This document shows positions 57,478 through 64,000 of a stretch of DNA of 64,000 nt, piece by piece. Location of the stretch: NCBI GenBank assembly GCA_041666265.1, contig JBAYHH010000001.1, positions 8,056-72,055 on the forward strand, in the 5' to 3' direction. Numbering within the stretch: position 1 is the stretch's first letter; each line of letters begins with the position of its first letter. The notes under the pieces are model-generated. The model made no database searches and was not told where the DNA came from. It was given only the letters and a program-made list of their open reading frames with translations. This stretch comes from Candidatus Magasanikiibacteriota bacterium (GTDB lineage Bacteria; Patescibacteriota; Patescibacteriia; Magasanikbacterales; GWA2-37-8). Both the position numbers and the translations under genes were made by a program.

Positions 57478-57951
57478 AATTTTTAATTTGTAATTTTTAA
57501 TTTTCAAACAATAACCAAATAATTCAATTTATGAATTATGATTTGGAGGAGCGTACATTAAAATTTGCCAAAGCAGTTTTGAATATTTTAAAAACAATGC
57601 CGATTAGCTTAATCAATAGTAATATAATCAATCAACTAATTCGTTCCGTCACTAGTGTCGGGGCAAATTATCGGGAAGCTAATGCTGGTAGCTCCAAAAA
57701 AGATTTTAGAAATAAAATATTTATTTGTAGAAAAGAAATTCAAGAGACCAAATATTGGATTGAGTTGCTTGCCGATATTTCTGACGAATGTAGGAGGAAT
57801 CAAATGCGAGTGTTGTGGAAAGAAGCACACGAATTAACTTTGATATTTAATAAAATTTCTTCAAGTCTGAAAGATTAGAAATTATTGCATTGAAAATTGT
57901 TTAAAAAACTGGCTGCGAACCAGCAATTGTAGAAATTGAAAATTTTAAATT
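57478..57951. mobile_element. Four-helix-bundle cassette bounded by inverted heptamer arrays
   Basis: Left arm aattttt aatttgt aattttt aattttc aaac; right arm gaaaatt gttt...agaaatt gaaaatt ttaaatt; AT-rich insert inside an ABC operon. Confidence 0.6.
57531..57878 (+). CDS. Four helix bundle protein (23S rRNA-IVS protein/bAvd-like)
   Basis: DLEERT..FA, QL.RS.TS.GANY.EA, S.KDF, KE..ET.YW..L. Confidence 0.93.
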   Translation: MNYDLEERTLKFAKAVLNILKTMPISLINSNIINQLIRSVTSVGANYREANAGSSKKDFRNKIFICRKEIQETKYWIELLADISDECRRNQMRVLWKEAHELTLIFNKISSSLKD

Positions 57952-57954
57952 CCC

Positions 57955-59199
57955 ATGAATTTCACCCCCATCCTCCTCGCCTACAAATCTCTCTTCGCGC
58001 AAAAAACGCGCGCGGTTTTGACGATCCTCGGGGTGAGTATTGGGATCGCGGTCGTGATCGCGATCATGGCGGCGGGGCGCGGGTTGGATCACATGGTGAT
58101 GGGGCAGTTGGAAATATATTCTCCCAATACCATCAGTGTGGAAGTGAAAATCCCATCCACCAAACAAGCATCCAACGAAAACGCCATGGGTCAAAGCATG
58201 GGGATCACCATTACCACTTTAGATGAAAAAGATTTGGACGATGTTTCTCGTCATCCCAATATTGTGGCGGCTTATGGCTGGCAAGTAGGGCAGGCGGCGG
58301 TAAAATATGGCGACACCACCAAAATCACCATGCTCATGGGTGAGGGATACAATTTGCAAGAGGTGGAAAAATTTGAGCTTACTGCCGGTCGAATGTATAC
58401 CAAAGAAGAAGAGGACGCGCAGGCGCAAGTGGGGATTTTGGGTTCGGCGACCAAAAAAACTTTATTTGGCGACGATGACGCGGTGGGTAAAACTATTTAT
58501 CTGAAAGGCAAAGCGTTTCGGGTGATCGGCGTGGCCAAAGAACGCGGCGCCACTTTTGGTATGGATATGGACAGCATTGTGCTCATGCCGACCAAGACAT
58601 TACAGAAAAAAATTCTCGGCATTGATTATTATCACAACATCATCGCCAAAGCCAAAGATCGCGCGCTGATTGACTCCACCGTAGAGGATATTAAAGAAAT
58701 CATTCGCGATAATCATGATATTACCAATCCCGATAAGGATGATTTTGCGGTCAATACGATGCAAGAGGCGGCCGATATGCTATCGAGCGTGGTCAATGGA
58801 CTGACACTCTTGCTCGTAGCGCTGGTTTGTGTGTCGCTCGCGGTGGGTGGGGTGGGGATCATGAATATTATGTATGTGTCGGTCACCGAACGAACTTTTG
58901 AAATCGGTTTGCGCAAAGCCGTGGGCGCCAAATCCAAAGACATTTTGTGGCAATTTTTGAGCGAGGCGGTATTGCTCACTTTGAGCGGGGGATTGGTTGG
59001 GATTATTTTGGGCGTACTGCTGGCGTTGTTGATCTATTTTATCGCTACTTATTTTAAATTTTCGTGGGTGTTTTCTGTACCCATTTCTTCCATTGTTTTG
59101 GCGGTCGGATTTTCCGGCGTGGTGGGCTTGATTTTTGGTCTATATCCCGCCAAAAAAGCGGCGAGTTTGGATCCGATTGAGGCGCTCAGACGCGAATAA
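57955..59199 (+). CDS. ABC permease (MacB/FtsX family)
   Basis: GGVGIMNIM.VSV.ERTFEIGLRKAVGA, DPIEALR. Confidence 0.96.
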   Translation: MNFTPILLAYKSLFAQKTRAVLTILGVSIGIAVVIAIMAAGRGLDHMVMGQLEIYSPNTISVEVKIPSTKQASNENAMGQSMGITITTLDEKDLDDVSRHPNIVAAYGWQVGQAAVKYGDTTKITMLMGEGYNLQEVEKFELTAGRMYTKEEEDAQAQVGILGSATKKTLFGDDDAVGKTIYLKGKAFRVIGVAKERGATFGMDMDSIVLMPTKTLQKKILGIDYYHNIIAKAKDRALIDSTVEDIKEIIRDNHDITNPDKDDFAVNTMQEAADMLSSVVNGLTLLLVALVCVSLAVGGVGIMNIMYVSVTERTFEIGLRKAVGAKSKDILWQFLSEAVLLTLSGGLVGIILGVLLALLIYFIATYFKFSWVFSVPISSIVLAVGFSGVVGLIFGLYPAKKAASLDPIEALRRE

Positions 59200-59303
59200 G
59201 GCCAATTTTAGCCAAAACTGTATTTTGATATACACAAAATCGCGCTCTTGTCAAGGGTATGGTTATGTTGTAATATACCTACATAATTCAACAATAAATT
59301 TGT

Positions 59304-60392
59304 ATGCGCAATCAACTAACCGTATATATTTTAGCGTTAGGCGTTTTAGCATTTTTGGGCGCCGGATGCGCCAGTCAGGGAGTTTCGCTTTATGTTGACG
59401 ATACCAAGCAAAACGATGCCGGTGGTGTTGTCACCGTTTCGACCAATTCCGGTTGGAGTCACTATGAAAATAAAAAATACGGAATTAGTTTTGATTATCC
59501 ATCCAATTGGACCAGGCAAGATAGCACTTCCGATGATTTTTTGAGTGTTCGTCTCGGCAATGCCGATTGCGCGAGCGCGCAGTGTCCGCCGGATTTTGTC
59601 GGGGTGGAGATTCGCGCCGGGGTGATAAAAAATAAATTTACCGATTTATCCGCCTGGGTCGATAGTCAGATAGCGCTCAATAATAAAACCGGAATTTTGC
59701 CCGGTGGAAAAATCGAGTCGGTCAGTATCGGCGGTCGTGGCGCCATCAAGGTGGCCAAATCCGATTGGCGGGGAGCGCTGCCCGGAGCCGCGTATTATTT
59801 GGATCAAGACCAGTATCACTATACCTACATTGCTACCGGAAAAAACGACACCACCGCCGGCGCTCTGACCACAGTCGAAAAAGTGATTGCTTCGGTGCGG
59901 ATTTTTGCCAATCAATTGCCGGCCATCATCGTGGATGAGGGCGATGAATCCACGAGCACGGTTCCGCCCGAAATTCGCAACGGCAAATTGTATTCCAACG
60001 AACGATATGCGTTTACATTTCGCTATCCTGAAGAATGTGTATTTGTAAATAATTCCGATCAGGTTTATCCGCCGGTGCAAGTCGAACTATTTGCCTGTGG
60101 TAAAGACGAAAAAGACAAGACGATTAGCTTGCGCGTTGTCAGTAGCACTGTCGAGGCCGAAGTTAAAAAAGCGTTTGGCGGTCGCAAATTAAAATATTAT
60201 CAAAATATTGTTTTGGTATCAGACCGCAAAGGAATCATCGTGAGTTTCGCCAAGGGCGCGCGCAACAAAGCCGAACGCTATGTGATCGTGGGCCGAGGTA
60301 ATTATGTGTATGTTTTGTCGGTCAAGGATGATACCAAAACTTACGCCACGAATTTTGACAAACTCCTCTCCGGTTTAAGCATCGCTGATTAG
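59304..60392 (+). CDS. Lipoprotein with two PsbP-like domains
   Basis: LGAGC lipobox; repeated Y.N..Y...F.YP motif. Confidence 0.8.
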   Translation: MRNQLTVYILALGVLAFLGAGCASQGVSLYVDDTKQNDAGGVVTVSTNSGWSHYENKKYGISFDYPSNWTRQDSTSDDFLSVRLGNADCASAQCPPDFVGVEIRAGVIKNKFTDLSAWVDSQIALNNKTGILPGGKIESVSIGGRGAIKVAKSDWRGALPGAAYYLDQDQYHYTYIATGKNDTTAGALTTVEKVIASVRIFANQLPAIIVDEGDESTSTVPPEIRNGKLYSNERYAFTFRYPEECVFVNNSDQVYPPVQVELFACGKDEKDKTISLRVVSSTVEAEVKKAFGGRKLKYYQNIVLVSDRKGIIVSFAKGARNKAERYVIVGRGNYVYVLSVKDDTKTYATNFDKLLSGLSIAD

Positions 60393-60419
60393 TGATATTA
60401 TTTAACCCACCGCGCCCTC

Positions 60420-62219
60420 ATGTCCGACACACAGACAATCAAAGATAGGCTGGATATCGCGCAGGTTATCGGCGAATACATTCAACTCAAAAAAGCCGGA
60501 GCCAATTATAAGGCGCGCTGTCCCTTCCATAACGAAAAGTCACCGTCATTCATGGTGCATCCCGAAAAACAAATTTGGCATTGTTTTGGTTGTGGTAAAG
60601 GCGGAGATATATTTTCGTTTGTTCAAGAGATCGAGGGGTTGGATTTTCCCGAGGCCTTGCGTCATCTGGCCGAGCGTGCCGGCGTCAAACTCGATACCTA
60701 CCGCAGTGAAATTGATAAAAGTCAAAAAAATCGGATCGTGGAGGTCAATCAGGCGGCCGCGGTTTTTTTTCATCGCTTTTTGACCGAAATTCCATCGGCA
60801 TCCGGAGCGCGCGCGTATTTGACCAATCGACAAATCTCGTCAGCCACTATTGTGGAGTGGCAAGTCGGTTTTATTCCCGATCAATGGGAGCTGCTCACGC
60901 AATATTTAGTTAAGAAAGGTTTTGCCATCGATGATTTGGTCGCGTCCGGGTTGACAATCAAAAAAGAAGGCGCGCCTGCGGGCAAAGGTTTTTACGATCG
61001 TTTTCGCGGTCGCATTATGTTTCCGATTCGCGACGCGCACGGCAGTGTGGTTGGTTTTACCGGGCGCGTGCTTGTCGAGACTGATCGTTCGGGTGGAAAG
61101 TATGTCAATACGCCCCAGACTTTGGTGTATGACAAGTCGCGCGTGCTTTATGGTCTCGATAAAGCCAAGATGGAGATCAAGCATCGTGATTTGGCCGTGA
61201 TAGTCGAGGGACAAATGGATGTGATCGCTTGCCATCAAGCCGGAATGAAAAATGTCGTTGCTTCTTCGGGCACAGCTCTGACCGGGGAACAGGTGAAACT
61301 GTTGAAAAGGTATTCCGGAAATATCGCGATGGCTTTTGATGCCGATAACGCCGGACAAGAGGCGATGAAGCGCGGTATTGACGCGGCTTTGTCCGAAGGA
61401 ATGAGTGTAAAAGTGATCAGTATTCCGGCGGGCGCGGGCAAGGATGCGGATGAGTGCATCAAAAAAGATAAAAATACTTGGTTCCAAGCGGTCGAAAACG
61501 CGCAGGAAATCATGTCTTGGTATTTCACCAATGTTTTATCCAAATACCAGTTATCCGTTCCTCATGAAAAACAATTGGCTTCGACAATACTGATTGGCGA
61601 AATCGCGAAGCTTACTTACGCGGTCGAACGCGATGATTGGTTGCGGCGATTGTCCGAGCAGTTAAATATCGATTCGACGGTTTTACGCGAAGAATTAAAA
61701 AAGGCGATCAAAAATAAAGGGGCCATGCCGGCGCGAGTCGCGGCCGGCTTGGAAAAATCCGCAGCAGTAGCGGTTAATGTCGTTAAAAAAGCACCCCATT
61801 CCCGGATTCAAGTATTGGCCGAGGGGCTGTGGTCGCTTTTGATGAAATGGCCGGAATTATATCCGGATACGCGCGTCCGTCTTCAAAAAGAGTATTTTGT
61901 CGCCACGGATTTTGTCGGCCTTTACGAAATCAGCGAAAAGCAGTATAATGAAACCAAGAAAATTTCATTAGACGACCTGCGTGTTTTGAGTGTCGGCGCG
62001 TCTTATGATATAGATATCCTTTCGCTCCGGGCCGAAAAGGATTTTTCGGAGTTAAGTATAGTCGAAGCGCGTAAAGAAGCGCAAGGCTTGGCGCGCAGTT
62101 TAGCTGATGAGTGGAAGAAAAATTATCGGCAGGATATTCAGATGGCCATCGCCAATGCGGAAAAATCAGGCGAAAAATCAACAGTAATGGAATTAATACA
62201 AAAATTACAATCCATCTAA
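60420..62219 (+). CDS. dnaG: DNA primase
   Basis: CPFHNEKSPSF, CFGC, FRGRIMFPI, KY.N.P, EG.MD, FDAD.AG. Confidence 0.98.
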   Translation: MSDTQTIKDRLDIAQVIGEYIQLKKAGANYKARCPFHNEKSPSFMVHPEKQIWHCFGCGKGGDIFSFVQEIEGLDFPEALRHLAERAGVKLDTYRSEIDKSQKNRIVEVNQAAAVFFHRFLTEIPSASGARAYLTNRQISSATIVEWQVGFIPDQWELLTQYLVKKGFAIDDLVASGLTIKKEGAPAGKGFYDRFRGRIMFPIRDAHGSVVGFTGRVLVETDRSGGKYVNTPQTLVYDKSRVLYGLDKAKMEIKHRDLAVIVEGQMDVIACHQAGMKNVVASSGTALTGEQVKLLKRYSGNIAMAFDADNAGQEAMKRGIDAALSEGMSVKVISIPAGAGKDADECIKKDKNTWFQAVENAQEIMSWYFTNVLSKYQLSVPHEKQLASTILIGEIAKLTYAVERDDWLRRLSEQLNIDSTVLREELKKAIKNKGAMPARVAAGLEKSAAVAVNVVKKAPHSRIQVLAEGLWSLLMKWPELYPDTRVRLQKEYFVATDFVGLYEISEKQYNETKKISLDDLRVLSVGASYDIDILSLRAEKDFSELSIVEARKEAQGLARSLADEWKKNYRQDIQMAIANAEKSGEKSTVMELIQKLQSI

Positions 62220-62228
62220 TTAAAATTT

Positions 62229-63551
62229 ATGTCTCAAAAGCGGGGGAAAGCCGAAAAAATTAAAAAAGGAGTAAAAAAATCCGGGGCCGCAAGCCGCGGA
62301 AAACAAAAGACTAAATTTTTTAGGTCCAAGTCGGCCAAAAAAACTTTCAAATCAGTCAAAGAGAGACGGTCTAAATTCAAAGCCGGTAAAAAAACTACGG
62401 TATTTTTTGATAAGAAAAATTTAAAAAGCAAACAGTCATTGATCAATGAGGAGGTGAGCGAGCCGACCTTGGATGAGATCTGGTCGCTCGTGCGCAAGGG
62501 GCGCAATCGCGGATTTATCACCGAGATTGAGTTAAATGGTCTTTTTTCGAGACCGGAATATCACCTGGATTTGTTTGAAGGATTTTTGGATTTGGCCGAC
62601 CGCAACGGTATGCCGATTGTCGAGACTCAAAGCAATCTGTTGGGCGTGAAGGAAGGCCATAAATCAATGCTCAAAGAGTTTCAAGGCGAACAGCCGGATA
62701 TGGATATCCCGTTTGATTTAGGTGAGATTTCGAGCGACTCAATTCAGATGTATTTGCGTGAGATCGGCAAGATTCCTTTGCTTTCGGGCGAAGAAGAAGT
62801 GTCGCTCGCCAAACGCAAAGAGCGCGGAGATAAGGTGGCCGAGCGCAAGCTGATTGAAGCTAATTTGCGTTTGGTGGTTTCGATCGCCAAAAAATTTGTC
62901 GGAAAAAATTTGTCTCTTTTGGATTTGATTCAAGAGGGTAATATCGGTTTGTTTCGCGCGGTGAAAAAGTTTGACCACCGCCGCGGTTACAAATTTTCGA
63001 CATACGCTACCTGGTGGATCCGCCAGGCGATCACGCGCGCGCTCGCTGACCAAAGCCGCACCATTCGTATTCCGGTGCACATGGTCGAGACCATCAATCG
63101 TTTTCAACAGATTCATCGCCGTTTGACCCAAGATTTGGGCCGCGATCCGGCCCCGGAAGAATTGGCCGCTGAAATGGGCGAAGATGTCGAAAAAATCAAG
63201 CACATCATGAAGATATCGCAAGACACGGTATCTTTGGAGGTTTCGGTAGGTGATGATGACGATGATACTTCACTGCAGGATTTTATCGAAGATGTAAAAA
63301 ATGTTTCACCGGACCGTAGCGCCGCTTTGCAGATTTTACGCGATTATGTCAAGGATGCGGTCAAAAATCTCACTCCGCGCGAACAAAAAATACTGGAAAT
63401 GCGTTTTGGGCTGGCTGATGGCGTTACCCATACTCTCGAAGAAGTGGGTCAGGAATTTGGCGTCACGCGTGAACGCATTCGTCAGATTGAAGCCAAAGCT
63501 TTGGAAAGAATTTCTGAATCCGACATCATGACGAAACTAAGAGATTATTAG
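62229..63551 (+). CDS. rpoD: Primary sigma factor RpoD
   Basis: [49 protein letters not shown]. Confidence 0.98.
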   Translation: MSQKRGKAEKIKKGVKKSGAASRGKQKTKFFRSKSAKKTFKSVKERRSKFKAGKKTTVFFDKKNLKSKQSLINEEVSEPTLDEIWSLVRKGRNRGFITEIELNGLFSRPEYHLDLFEGFLDLADRNGMPIVETQSNLLGVKEGHKSMLKEFQGEQPDMDIPFDLGEISSDSIQMYLREIGKIPLLSGEEEVSLAKRKERGDKVAERKLIEANLRLVVSIAKKFVGKNLSLLDLIQEGNIGLFRAVKKFDHRRGYKFSTYATWWIRQAITRALADQSRTIRIPVHMVETINRFQQIHRRLTQDLGRDPAPEELAAEMGEDVEKIKHIMKISQDTVSLEVSVGDDDDDTSLQDFIEDVKNVSPDRSAALQILRDYVKDAVKNLTPREQKILEMRFGLADGVTHTLEEVGQEFGVTRERIRQIEAKALERISESDIMTKLRDY

Positions 63552-63552
63552 T

Positions 63553-64000
63553 ATGTCGTCATTAAAGATAGTTTTATCCGGCGGGGGCACTCTCGGACCC
63601 GTCACCCCGCTTCTCGCCGTGCGTGAGGCGGTTTTGTCGCGTTTTCCCGATGCCGATTTTGTCTGGGTCGGCACGGCCGATGGTCCGGAAAAAGCTTTGG
63701 TGGAAGAGTTGAATATTCCATATTATATCATGGGCGCCGGCAAGTGGCGTCGGTATTTTTCTTTTTTAAATTTGATTGATTTGCTCAAAATTTTCTACGC
63801 CTTTATTCAGTCTTTGATTTTTTTGTGGCAAGAAAAACCGCAGGCTTTGATATCGGCCGGCGGTTTTGTGAGTGTGCCATTGCATGGCGCCGGTTGGATT
63901 TTGGGGATCCCGTCTTGGGTTCACCAGCAAGATGTCGTACCCGGTCTCGCCAATAAATTGATGGCGCCACTTGCGAAACAGGTGACCGTGGCGCTCGAAC
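63553..64000 (+). CDS. murG: MurG glycosyltransferase (5' part, truncated by the window)
   Basis: Hand translation MSSLKIVLSGGGTLGPVTP...GGFVSVP...HQQD..PGLAN. Confidence 0.92.
   Translation, partial: MSSLKIVLSGGGTLGPVTPLLAVREAVLSRFPDADFVWVGTADGPEKALVEELNIPYYIMGAGKWRRYFSFLNLIDLLKIFYAFIQSLIFLWQEKPQALISAGGFVSVPLHGAGWILGIPSWVHQQDVVPGLANKLMAPLAKQVTVALE

Noticed and set aside
57531-57878. Diversity-generating retroelement (Avd-like gene)
   Set aside because: No reverse transcriptase and no TR/VR pair with adenine-specific mismatches seen in the window

Overview
Bacterial chromosome window, most likely Patescibacteria/CPR (Parcubacteria-like). This is inferred from gene content, compact AT-rich spacers and few Shine-Dalgarno sites; it is not proven. 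The backbone is housekeeping: hsp20-dnaK-dnaJ, rnhA, murA, ctpA, era, rplI, pyrG, recJ, lepA, murJ, a glycosylation cluster, pilT, a P-type ATPase, rlmN, a CCA-adding enzyme, a MacAB-like ABC exporter, dnaG-rpoD and a partial murG. An integrase-less ~5.5 kb AT-rich defence island (40647-46154) sits at the 3' end of tRNA-Pro(CGG). It is bounded by a 40-bp direct repeat and carries a LexA-like repressor, a fused nuclease-methyltransferase, a putative PD-(D/E)XK protein, an S subunit and a 55-aa Pro-x-Leu/Ile repeat peptide missed by the ORF track. The most unusual layer is non-coding. (i) Three copies of a 56-nt covarying multi-stem element, each between convergent genes. (ii) REP-like hairpins related to the perfect 33-bp inverted repeats that flank a GIY-YIG gene. 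(iii) Inverted 7-mer/9-mer arrays, one pair enclosing a four-helix-bundle gene. (iv) In-frame copies of these repeat types inside core genes, plus a recoded, interrupted duplicate of the dnaK start. No rRNA, CRISPR array or transposase was seen.
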